NCBI GenBank assembly: GCA_951406725.2 | Contig: OX597824.1 | Coordinates: 19,096,001-19,160,000, forward strand | DNA: 64,000 bases | Origin: Octopus vulgaris | Taxonomy: Eukaryota | Direction: 5' to 3' | Shown: piece after piece, positions 26,805 to 38,955 of the stretch | How the letters are laid out: every line of letters begins with the position of its first letter | Numbering within the stretch: position 1 is the first letter of the stretch | The notes under the pieces: model-generated | Databases searched by the model: none | Told to the model about the DNA's origin: nothing | What the model saw: only the letters and a program-made list of their open reading frames with translations | Made by a program: the position numbers and the translations under genes

Positions 26805-27238
26805 TATAATAACAACAACAACAACAACAGTAGTAAACGTAATAGATGGCGTTGTGTGAAGTTGGCTGAGTCTTAAACAATCTAAAGTTATTTCCGACTC
26901 TTGGTACAAATTGGCCATTAGCAATAGAAAAGGCACGAGGTGAATGTCAAGAGAACTCGCAGAAATGTCAAGTACTACTTTCGCTTCTAAAGTGAAGAAT
27001 GGTCATTATTTGAAACTATTAACCAATAACTGAGTCAACATTTTCTTCTCTGTTAGTCGTCTAATAATTCGCAGGACTTTTATAGTATAGCAAAGGCGTT
27101 TTGTCGAAGTATGGCTCCGTCTGCGTAAACGGTTATTTTGTTGTAGTTTTTTTTTTTTTTTGTAGTTGTTGTTGTTGATTTGCTTCAGGTTAGCTAAAAT
27201 CATGTTGGACTGTATATAATAATACAATGTTGTAAGTA

Positions 27239-27804
27239 TTGGGTTGTCCGGAAAGTTTGTGCCGAGTTTTGAAGAAAAGAAAAAGGTCAATAAATCCTTG
27301 CCATTACATTTTTTATCAACCAAATATGAACCATTTTGTTGCACAATGCGTCGCCATCATTCCTTTAACTTGAAAATACCCTCTTCCCAGAATTGAGGTG
27401 GTTTCATGGCAAAGAATTCATCAAGGTACCTTTTTACGTCATCCAAGGAATTGAAGTTTTTACCATTAAGACTATTCTGCAGAGACCTGAATAAGTGGAA
27501 AACCGAAGGAGCAACATCTGGTGAATATGGAGGGTGGGGTAACACATCCCAGCCGAGCTGCAGCAATTTTTGTCTGATTCCCAAAGCATCAAGTGCCGAA
27601 AATGAACTTTCTTATCTTCCATTTTAAAGGGTTACAGAATTAACACAGGTTATTGGAACATAAACCTTCTTCCACGAAAAGATAGCTTAAACTGTGCTCT
27701 AAATGGAGGTGTAGTCAAATCCTATTTTATGGACTGAACCGTGTTCTACAATAAGTCGAAAGGTAAGCTACAATAAATCGGCACGAACTTTCTGGACAAC
27801 ACAA
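27239..27804 (-). mobile_element. Internally deleted mariner (566 bp)
   Basis: TIRs TTGGGTTGTCCGGAAAGTTTGTGCCGA and TCGGCACGAACTTTCTGGACAACACAA with TA TSDs. N-terminus MEDKKVHFRHLMLWE is joined to C-terminus LPHPPYSPDVAPSVFHLFRSLQNSL. Confidence 0.95.
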
Positions 27805-28494
27805 TATTTATTTCTTATAATCTGAATCCTTGTACGTAGTTTTTTTTTTTTTAAACTCCTCTACCACGGTATCTTTTATATTAGGAGTTTAAACCACGCT
27901 GAGGCCAGCTTCTAGTTCAACTTTCTGTGATTCAGAAAAACAATGCCATTGAAATACTAAAGATTTCTTCGGCTGTAGCAATGACAGCAAATCCTAGACC
28001 TTTACTCCCGAACAAAATGTGGCTTTATTGATATGGCAGACGAATCAATAATCACATTAGGAAGAATGATAAAGCCGAAAATGTGCTGCACCTTTTCACA
28101 TACTGCGTTTTTAACAATTGTTGTGGTTGACATTGCTTCCGCCATCAAGAGAGTAAGTTCCAGTAATGCAGTGGGTTCAAATTTAATTAACAGCACTTCA
28201 GGTTTGAACAAACATAAAGACCTTAGACATTAAAACTGGATGAGAGAATTCATGAAATCGTTTCGTTACTCGATTGTAACCAATTCGCTTCTCGTTAAGT
28301 TGTTTGTAAGCGGTGTAAAAAGTTTACGATGGTATTGTCGCTCAACCATGAATGATAATATTTAGTGACCAGTGGTATGGTGGCATTATGGGTGGGAGTC
28401 AACAGTATTTTTTTTTTTGGTCTAGACGTTCGTGTCTCAGTGTAACAGTGTTCGACATTCATATTGCGTTACTACGTTATCTTCTCATAAGTAG

Positions 28495-28562
28495 GAAGGT
28501 GGAGGTGGTGGTGGTGGTGGTTCTGCTGCTAGTGGTAGTGGCGGATCTGTTGTTGTAGTTGG

Positions 28563-28593
<31 letters not shown>

Positions 28594-28675
28594 GGTGGTC
28601 TTGGTGGTGGTGTCGGCGGCGGCGGTGGCGGCGGTGGCAGCGGCGGCGGTGGCAGCGGTGGCAGCGGTGGCGGGG

Positions 28676-28752
<77 letters not shown>

Positions 28753-28872
28753 GAGGCGGCGGCGGCGGCGGAGGCGGCGGCAGGCGGCGGTGGAGGCGGC
28801 GGAGGCGGCGGAGGCGGCGGCGGAGGCGGCGGAGGCGGCGGAGGCGGCGGCGGAGGCGGCGGAGGCGGCGGA

Positions 28873-28903
<31 letters not shown>

Positions 28904-29333
28904 GTGGCGGCGGCGGTGGCGGTGGCGGCGGCGGCGGCGGCGGTGGCGGCGGTGGCGGCGGCGGTGGCGGCGGTGGCGGCGGCGGTGGCGGCGGCGGTGG
29001 CGGCGGCGGTGGCGGCGGCGGTGGCGGCGGCGGTGGCGGCGGCGGTGGCGGCGGCTGCTATTCTGCAGGAGGTGGTTGTGCTCGTGGTGGTACTGATGAT
29101 GGTTAGGGTGGTAGAGATGGTGAAGGAATTGAAACAGCGAAACCGGAGGTGGTGCTGGTGGTGGTGGTGGGTGGTGATGGTGGTGGTGGATGGTGCTGGT
29201 GGTGCTGGTGGTGCTGGTGCTGGTGCTGGTGCTGGTGGTGGTGGTGGTGGTGGTGGTGATGGTGAGGATGTGAGGATGATGACGATGACTCCGACGACCA
29301 CGACGACGATCATGATCATGACGATATCGAAGA

Positions 29334-29369
<36 letters not shown>

Positions 29370-29459
29370 AAGTAGTAGCAGTAGCAGTAGTAGTAGTAGT
29401 GGTAGCAGCAAGGGCAGCAAGAGCAGCAACTGCAGCAGCAGTAGAATTAGTAAAAAAAA

Positions 29460-29514
<55 letters not shown>

Positions 29515-29515
29515 G
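28495..29515. repeat. Compound trinucleotide array with a ~440-bp (GGC/GGT/GGA)n core
   Basis: Progression GGT > GGC > GGT > GAT/GAC > AGT > AAT. Core at 28613-29056. Confidence 0.95.
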
Positions 29516-29590
29516 CAGTGGCAATGTTCATTACACAACTTAAAATAAAAGGGTAGAATAAAAGACAATTTTAAAAAGCAATAACAATAT

Positions 29591-29660
29591 GGCGGTGCCC
29601 CAGCATGGCCACAGCTCGTGAGCTGAAACTAGATAAAATAAAAAATAAAATAAAATAAAA
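29591..29660 (+). mobile_element. Short retroposon 3' end related to the SINE B tail
   Basis: GGCGGTGCCCCAGCATGGCCACAGCTCGTGAGCTGAAACTAG plus an (ATAAA)n-like tail. Confidence 0.65.
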
Positions 29661-30143
29661 TCTAAAAAAGAAAAACAAGATTTTTAAAAGAAATAAAAAA
29701 TTAAAATAATAATTAAACAAAAAAAGGAAAAATCTGTGTATCTAAGGAAAAAAAAAAATCTAAAACTATGAAATGAAATAAAAGAATTTTTCACACGAAA
29801 AAATAAAATGAAGATAAAAAAAAAAAAAAACGAAAAAAAATTTCCAAAATAGAAGCAAAAAAAAAAAAAAAATTATGGAAAAAAGAGCGAAGTGGAATGA
29901 AAGTCTGGTTTTCGTCGTGAAGAACACAGGAAGAAAGGGTGAACGATGAGACATTAGCGAGGATCAGCCAAAGGGGCTTTGGAACTTCAAACATATGGTA
30001 AGGAACTGGACAAATATAGAAACGGAACATGCAGTGATAGCGACGTGAGTTAGCGACCGAAACTTGCTCACACGCACCTATAACGACATGTCTGCCTGTC
30101 TGTCTGTCTGTTTGCATGAATGGATGCATGTGCTTTTGTGTGT

Positions 30144-30181
<38 letters not shown>

Positions 30182-30515
30182 TTGTTTGTAATATATGTGT
30201 ATGCATGTATCTTTCGGTGTACGCATGTATGTATATCTAATGTTTACTTGGATCTATGTGTTTTTTTTTTAAGGTAAGCATGCATGCATCTATATATGTG
30301 TGTGTGTATACAAACATGTATTTTAACGTGTCTATATATCTATACACACTATATATGTGTGTGTGTGTGTGTGCATGTGTGTGTATCTTTCTGTGTACTC
30401 ATGTATGTGTGTCTATGTTTATTTATATGTATGTATTTTTTATGTATGTTTGCATGTATGTATCTATGTATGTGTGTATGTAAGCAAGTATGTAATGTGC
30501 CTATATATCTATATA

Positions 30516-30571
<56 letters not shown>

Positions 30572-31004
30572 TTATGTATATAAATGTATATATATATATA
30601 TATATATATACATATATGTGTATCTATATATTTACATATATATGTATAGGTACATACACACACACATACACACACACATACACACATACACACAAACATA
30701 CATACATACATACATACATACATACATACATACATACATACATACATACATAGATAGATAGATAGATAGATAGATAGACGTATGTACGTATTTTTTTTTA
30801 GATTTATTTAAGATCAATGCAAAAAGTGACACACCGTTTTTTCTGGGTTTTTTTCCTTTCCCAACATATCCTGAAATGAGTGATAATGTAAATTAGGCAG
30901 GGTATACATAATATGTACACCCATGCTTAAATATACTTCCATTCTTCTAATGTATAACGCATGTCTCTCAGACTCTCATTAAACTTTATATACGTGTATA
31001 CCGT

Positions 31005-31816
31005 ATTACTGAAGCACACATGACCTTCCATTGCATTCACTATCTATCCAGGGCTTAACGAATATTTCCAGAACCTCAATGTAGGCGGCATAGTTAACTC
31101 TAAGGCCTTGTGGAAAGAAGTAAGGAGGCATAACATGTCATTCATTGCTGACAACCCCTAAAACCATGGCAGTTGCGGCAAATTTTGTATGCATAACACT
31201 TGGAACTTCAGAAGGGTCTGCATATAACCATCTGTCGTTTCTTGTGTTAACTTTTTTTTATCTTGGTCGAAATTTTTCTCGTTTAAGAAAAACTAAATCG
31301 AATCTTCTGCTGCATTTTTCGGTTTGTTTAAGAGGCTTTTAGATCTGATGTAGTGATTTTCTTTTGCTCTTTTTGACAAATTGACCTTTCCTTATCATAT
31401 AAGACAACATTTCTGACTGTTCCTCTTGGAGATCTTTGGCAATTGACTTCATGGACTTTTGGGGATTGTAATCACCGGTCTGTTGAACTTGCTAGATAAA
31501 TCCAGGTGTTACGATGATTTCAGAGTGTTTAGAATGCTTTTTATACTTTGATACAGGTGAAACGTTTCAATATCCAGTCTCTAACTCCTTACAAACTTTG
31601 TAGACGAACGATCTAACAACTTTTAAAAATCGAGATATTTCTAAATCGCTATACTCAGCCTTTATAACCAGAATAACAGCATGCCTCTTCATTTCTTGAG
31701 TAAGCTGAGGGTCTGCCATTATTATTTTCTGAAACAAAGGTTATACAGTGCAGAGTTAACAAAAAATGCAGCAGTGACAAAAAAAAAAGGTATCCTCAAA
31801 TACATTACACACCCTG
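31005..31816 (-). mobile_element. maT/DD37D-like transposon, 3'-truncated transposase pseudogene
   Basis: My translation of the minus strand: MADPQLTQEMKRHAVI (ATG at 31719)...NEKNFDQD..VNTRNDRWL...MVLGVVSNE*HVMPPYFFPQGLRVN...VKPWI. One TIR ends CACACCCTG|TA at 31816. Confidence 0.85.
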
Positions 31817-32678
31817 TATATATATAATACATACACACTCATTAAGTTTAATACACACATATGCACACACACACTCGCACAAAGAAACGCACACACATTC
31901 AAATATACATACAAGAACATTTCTACATATACACGTATATATTATGTACGTATGTATTATGTACATATATATATATATATATATGTAAGTATGCATGCAT
32001 GTATATAGGCATGTGTATATGCATGTATGTATTATACATGTATATATCTAAGTATGTAAATGCGTATGTATGCTCATATGTATACATAAAAAGTCATAAA
32101 ATTTAAATCTATCACAGCGGATATTGTTTTCTGTGACCGGAAGTAAAACTAAAAGAAAACAAAAAATCAAAACAAAACATAACGTGAACTGTTGTTTAAG
32201 CTATTCACAGCCCCAGGGTCGGCAAATTTTCATCCAGTCTGCTGTGACAAAAAGAGGTTGTTTATAGATAAATAAATCTGTGATGTCTATTCTTTGGTGC
32301 ATATTCTTTGATGACCTCTGATTAAAAGATCTCTCCACATTAACCTTTAGAAAATTCAAACATGAACATATAGACAAATACGCATATGCACACATACATA
32401 CACACATGCATACATACATACATGCATGCATACATACATACATACATACACACATACGTACGTACATACATACACACATACATACATACATACGTACATA
32501 CATACATACATACATACATACATACACACATACATACATACATACATACATACGTACATACATACATACATATGTACGTACTTACATACATACATACATA
32601 CATATATACATACATACGTACGTACGTACATACATACATGCATACATACATGCATACATACATGCACGCATACATACA

Positions 32679-32712
<34 letters not shown>

Positions 32713-32763
32713 CATACGTACATACATACATACGTACATACATACATGCATACATACATACAT

Positions 32764-32802
<39 letters not shown>

Positions 32803-32855
32803 TGCATACATATATACATGCATTCAGGCATATACACACATAATATCGGCATCCA

Positions 32856-33104
32856 TTTCTTTTATTCTTTTACTTGTTTCGTTCATCTGACTGTGGTAAT
32901 GCTGGAGCACTGCCTTAACTCCAGAATCTACTTCTTAAGGCTAGCACTTATTCTCTCGGTGTCTTTTGCCGAACCGCTAACTAACGAAGTAACCACACCA
33001 ATACAGTTTGTCAAGCGGTGAAGGAAGGACAAACAAAGACACCAAGACGCATAGATATATACATGTATATATATTTATATATGTGTGTCTGTATATGTAT
33101 GTAA

Positions 33105-33162
<58 letters not shown>

Positions 33163-33620
33163 TATACTCTCTCTTTTTACTTACTTGTTTCAGTCATTTG
33201 ACTGTGGCCATGCTGGAGCACCGCCTTTAGTCGAAGCAAATCGACCCCAGGACTTATTCTTTGTAAGCCTAGTACTTATTCTATCGATCTCTTTTGCCGA
33301 ACCGCTAAGCTACGGGGACATGAACACACCAGCATCGGTTGTCAAGCGATGTTGGGGGGACAAACACATACACACAAACACGCATATGTATATATATACA
33401 TATACACGACAGGCTTCTTTCAGTTTCTGCCTACCAAATCCACTCACAAGGCTTTGGTCGGCTCGAGGCTATAGTAGAAGACACTTGCCCAAAGTGCCAC
33501 GCAGTGGAACTGAACCCGAAGCCATGTGGTTGGCAAGCAAGCTACTTACCCCACAGCCACTCCCGCGATATATACAGTATATATATATAAACTATATATA
33601 TATATATATATATGCAGTAT

Positions 33621-33676
<56 letters not shown>

Positions 33677-33812
33677 GACAGGCTTCTCTCAGTTTCCGTC
33701 TACTTACATGACTTTAGTCAGCCTGAGGTTATAGTAGAAGACACTTACACAAGGTGCCACGCAGTGGGACTGAACCCGGCACCATGTGCCGGTTGTCAAG
33801 CTTCTTACTACA
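32856..33812 (-). mobile_element. Older SINE B split by a nested SINE B (inner copy 33166-33567)
   Basis: Outer 3' half at 32856-33050, full inner copy, outer head at 33675-33812. Confidence 0.85.
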
Positions 33813-34030
33813 CTGTGCTTTGTTTCACTTTTCCACTCTCTTTTTTACTAGCAGACACGTGCACGTACCTACACACATACACACAAACACACACACGTAC
33901 GCACGCACACTCACACACACACACATGTATAAAATGAAGTGTTTGATAAATGTCATTTGATAAATATCATATCGGCTCTTGAGTCACGAATGCAAATTTC
34001 TGCCGATAATGCATTAAAAAAATGCATATA

Positions 34031-34205
34031 CGAGGGAGTTGCTGGAAGGTCCCTGGTTTTAAGGGTGTCGTGGAAGCCTGGTTGGAGGCCCAACATTACC
34101 TATACTTTTACAGGGTCTGAAAAACTGAAGGACCACTGCAATGAGTATGGGAATCCTCTTGTATTTCCTTTTACACAAAGCGAGGAACTATTCAGCAACC
34201 CCTCA
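34031..34205. mobile_element. Mariner-type MITE (175 bp)
   Basis: TA|CGAGGGAGTTGCTGGAAGGTCCCT ... AGGAACTATTCAGCAACCCCTCA|TA imperfect TIRs. Confidence 0.75.
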
Positions 34206-34292
34206 TACACATGTATTGAGTTCTATCACTTGTTTATTCTATCAAACATATACACATTATACACATGCACATATATATAAATATATCCGCAT

Positions 34293-34436
<144 letters not shown>

Positions 34437-34576
34437 TATAATTTAGAGTATCTAAGAGATACCACCACGCTGGAAATAGCAGCCAAAACTTGACTCTAAT
34501 ACCATATTAACTGTTCATACAGCACCAGGAGAAAAGACAAAAAGATAAAATATACTAGCAAAAAATTACTGGATAA

Positions 34577-34632
34577 TTCCAGATCCCGGATTTCTGACTC
34601 TGCATAAGAAATGCTTTGCCTCATCAGTGGAA
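34577..34632 (-). ncRNA. Type I hammerhead ribozyme candidate
   Basis: Minus strand TTCCA-CTGATGA-GGC aaa GCAT ttctt ATGC aga GTC-a-GAAA-TCCGGGA-TC-TGGAA. Stem I is perfect (5 bp) and the core nucleotides are intact. Confidence 0.7.
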
Positions 34633-34652
34633 TATACACAGCACATTAATAC

Positions 34653-34734
<82 letters not shown>

Positions 34735-34760
34735 CATACGAATACTTACATATACGAATC

Positions 34761-34792
<32 letters not shown>

Positions 34793-36552
34793 GTGTGTGA
34801 ATGAGTGTGCCTGCATGCGTCCGTGTGCAAGTGTAAGAAAGCAAAAGGACCACATGGCCTTATAAAAATGGCAACGAAAACTCCTACAAATTAGTCTTTG
34901 ACTTTAAAAAAATAGATTAATATTAAACATTGAGTAAATATAGTCCGAGGTGTACAATGTTTGAAAATAGACGAGATGATCATTGATCAGCTCGTTTAAG
35001 TCTGACCTGGGGCTAAACAACATGTTCACGAACAACTTACTGAAAAGTAAATTTTATAAGAAAAACAACATTCCAAGAAATGCGAAAAAGCAAATAAAAG
35101 TCATGATTAATTTAAATCAAGAAAGATTCTAGTCTATAAATGGAATATTGAAAATATTCCAAAATCTTTTGGATTTTTTAAAAAATTCTTCATGTGATTC
35201 CAGCAGATGAGCTTTGCCATTATTTTTATGTGACATTAAGATTTTTTGTTGTTGTTCAGGAAGACACAAAAATAAGGAATAACGGACATATATACTCACG
35301 AACACACATTTACATATACACACACCTATAGCAAGTCTTATATACGCACACACCTACACACATACACACATACACACATACACACACACTCCCATATACA
35401 GTCTTACGCATACATAGGTAGATGAATATGTGTCTATGTATACATTCCTATAAATACGTACGTATGCATGCATGTATGTGTGTATGTATGTGTGTATGTG
35501 TGTGTGTATCTATGTATGTATGTATGTGTGTGTATGTATGTATGTATGTATGTATGTATGTATGTATGTATGTATGTGTGTGTGTCTGTGTGTGTGTGTA
35601 CGTGTCTGTGTATGTGTATGATCATGTGTTTATGCATCGTTAGATTCTTATCGTAACGTTAGATATACATGCATGAATATAGAGCTGTGTAAATATTTAT
35701 ATGAACATACATATATATATATATATCCATTTATAGTATATGTGCGCATATGTGACCGTGTGTGTGTGTGTATCTGTGTGTATGTGTGTGTGTGACACCA
35801 ATGTTTCCGTCACAACTATTCGCTAAAAGTGCTCTACAACTCAATAGAAATTATATGGAGCTATAATCATCATCATCGTAGTACATAAAGGAAATGATGA
35901 CTTCCGAATATAGAATGTATGCGTATATCTTTCTTGAACGTGCACATGTTTTTGCGGCTACTTGTCTCTTCAGTCTTTATAGAAAGAAATAAGTTAAGTT
36001 CAAGCTTTCTCTTCATATCAGTTGGTCATTCGGTGTTAAAAATAATTATAAAATGTACAAGTGGAATCAGACCTACATTTATGTACAACTGAAGAAATAT
36101 ACTTCTTACAAGACGAATGAATACTGTTTCTAAGTCGAATAAGATATTATATCTGAAGATTTTAAATTCTAGCAAGCAATCTGCCAAACATTCATAAAAT
36201 AAGTAATACATTATACAGGTGACTACAGTTTATTGTAAGTTACCTTTGTGAACAGAGCAATTATCAACGGATAAATAATGAACGACCCTTGAAGCATGTC
36301 TTCGCAATCTTCCTTGTTTTCTGCATATATAAATTTAAATTTATATAGCTATAAATCTATATTTTGTTACTTTTCATTTGTCTTACTCGCTTACTTTCTA
36401 GTATTTGCTAAATTTTTCTTGAAAACATTCCTTAGTAGTAAGACCATAGCGGATCTATTTCTGACATAAGGGTTGTCCACATACTGGTCATCCCTCTCCT
36501 CTTATATGTATATATGTATATATATGTATATATATGTATATAGATGTGTATA

Positions 36553-36597
<45 letters not shown>

Positions 36598-36657
36598 GTA
36601 ATAGTAATAGAAAGGAGGAATTTCGGTTGTCCCCACGTGGTGGATTGTAATGCATAT

Positions 36658-36863
36658 AAGAAATTAAAAAAGGAAAATACGCACACTTACATGGTTATAA
36701 TATAATTTTTAATGTATCGACCGGTTTCGCAATCGCTATTCATGATAAAAAAATATATATTCATATAAATTAAACATTATGTCATGAATAGCAATTGCGA
36801 AACCGGTCGATACATTAAAAATTATATTATAACTATGTAAGTGTGCGTATTTTCCTTTTTTAA

Positions 36864-36870
<7 letters not shown>
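36658..36870. repeat. Inverted pair (~90-bp arms) with a truncated hammerhead-like motif in each arm
   Basis: Arms ~36658-36746 and ~36781-36870. Motif ATGA-ATAGC..GC-GAAA-CCGG-TC. Confidence 0.8.
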
Positions 36871-36915
<45 letters not shown>

Positions 36916-37003
36916 GTAAAGATGTAAATATATACATATACATATGTATATATACACACATATATATATATATTATTTATATTATATATATATATATATT
37001 ATT

Positions 37004-37034
<31 letters not shown>

Positions 37035-37139
37035 CATACACACACAGATGTATATACATAATATATATATTATAAATATATATTATATATACATACATGT
37101 GTATATATATGCATATCTACATACATACGTATATATATA

Positions 37140-37181
<42 letters not shown>

Positions 37182-37183
<2 letters not shown>

Positions 37184-37480
37184 CGTCCTGCTTCCATTCA
37201 TCTTCCTACATGACCTCAAACTCAACACGGAGATCTATATCAAGTTCCTAGAGGAGGTAGTGCTTCCCGGGGTCAAGGGGGGGGCTGCTGCTAGAAGAAT
37301 CTATGTCTGGCAACAGAACTCTACACTATGCTACACATGCAGGGGAACCCAGTCATGGCTGTCAGATTATTTTTGCAACCACATCTCCCCTAAAATCTGG
37401 TCACCAAACTCCCAAAAATTAACTGAAGGCAAGGATTATGGCAGCATTCACCAACTTAAAAAAGGAGACCATCCAGAAGA
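37182..37480 (+). pseudogene. maT/DD37D-like transposase fragment
   Basis: VLLPFIFLHDLKLNTEIYIKFLEEVVLP...YVWQQNS...IWSPNS matches the QQDSAP and WPPNSPD region. Confidence 0.8.
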
Positions 37481-37499
37481 TATTTTACATTATTTGCAT

Positions 37500-37726
37500 T
37501 TGGCGGATATTCTGTCCTCATTTTCTTTGTTGTTAGCACAAGGTTTCGGCTGATATACCCTCCAGCCTTCATCAGGTGCCTTTGGGAAATTTCGAATCTG
37601 GATTCTCATTAGGAATGAGAAATTAGGTTCGAAATTTCCCCCAGAACACCTGATGAATGCTGGGGGTGTATGTCAGCCGAAACCTTGTGCTAACAACAAA
37701 CAAAATGAGGACAGAATATCCGTCAA
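37500..37726. mobile_element. Inverted pair of Penelope-like terminal units, each with a hammerhead motif
   Basis: Arms are reverse complements around ~37610. Minus motif at 37535-37580 is GGCAC-CTGATGA-a-GGCTG..CAGCC-GAAA-cc-tt-GTGCT. Plus motif at 37645-37691. Confidence 0.75.
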
Positions 37727-37822
37727 CTAAAGGCGGTGTTCCAGCATGGCCACAGTCACATGACTGAAATAAGTAAAAGAGTAAAAGGAGAGTAATCGCT
37801 TATAAGCTTTAAGCTTATAAAA

Positions 37823-37862
<40 letters not shown>

Positions 37863-37902
37863 TACAGAATATATATATTTGTATGTATGTCGTTGTCGTG
37901 AC

Positions 37903-38261
37903 ACTTCGTCGGTTATAACGACGAAGGTTCTAGTTGCTCCGATCAATGGAACAGCCTGCTCGTGAAATTAACGTGTAAGAGGCTGAGCACTCCACAGACA
38001 CGTTTACCCATAACGTAGTCCTCGGGGAGATTCAGCGTGACACAGTGTGCGAGAAAGCTGGCCCTTCGAAATAGGAAGAAAGAGTGAGAGAAAGTTGTGG
38101 TAAAAGAGTACAGTAGGGTTCACCACTACTCCCTGCCGGAGCCTCGTGCAGCTTTGAATGTTTTTGATCAATAAACACTCACAACACTCGGTCTGGGAAT
38201 CGAAACTGCGATCCTACGACCGCAAGTCTGCTTCCCTGACCGCTGGGCCATTGCAGCTCCA
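37903..38261 (-). mobile_element. SINE, head D plus tail T1
   Basis: Homologous to 15693-16079. Confidence 0.85.
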
Positions 38262-38560
38262 CTGTATGTATTATGTATATGTGTAGTATATATAGATATA
38301 TATGTATAGATATATAGATATATATGTGTGTGTGTGTGTATTCATGTGTGTGTGTATAGCCATGCCCCAGTTGTGTTCTGACTGAGCAGCTTCCCTCCCC
38401 CACAGTCACCCTAAAGCAAGTTTTGATCCGCACAAAACTAACCTAGCTCACTCCTGCTGATTGCATTTTACGCTGGAACAGGCGTGCATGCTACTTTTAG
38501 GTCCAGCACCCATTCTCTGGGCCTGTGCATACACATGAAAAGAAACATACATACAACTAC

Positions 38561-38674
<114 letters not shown>

Positions 38675-38955
38675 GTTTGTATCTGTAGCTGAAGGAAATA
38701 GAAGTAAAGGAAAACAGGAAAAGCTTACGTTTTTCCTAACACATGATTTTACGATTCACTGCGTTTTAGAAGTATGTATATATGTGTGTGTGCGTGTGTA
38801 TGTGTGTGTGTATGTGTGTATGTCTTGTATGTAAGTAGGTAGGTATATAAAGGTTCGTATGTAAATAAATGTATTATGCACGTGTGTGTATGTATATATA
38901 TATAGTAGAAATATGTTACAAAAAGAAAATATAAAATACACGTGGAAATGTATGG

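Noticed and set aside
28477-29464. 280-301 aa poly-Ala/Arg/Gly ORFs
   Set aside because: Pure trinucleotide repeat, open on both strands, with no complex sequence.
33008-33937. 309-aa ORF, and the 259-aa ORF at 60469-61248, sharing [15 protein letters not shown]
   Set aside because: Antisense reading of SINE B. The recurrence reflects the repeat, not a protein family.
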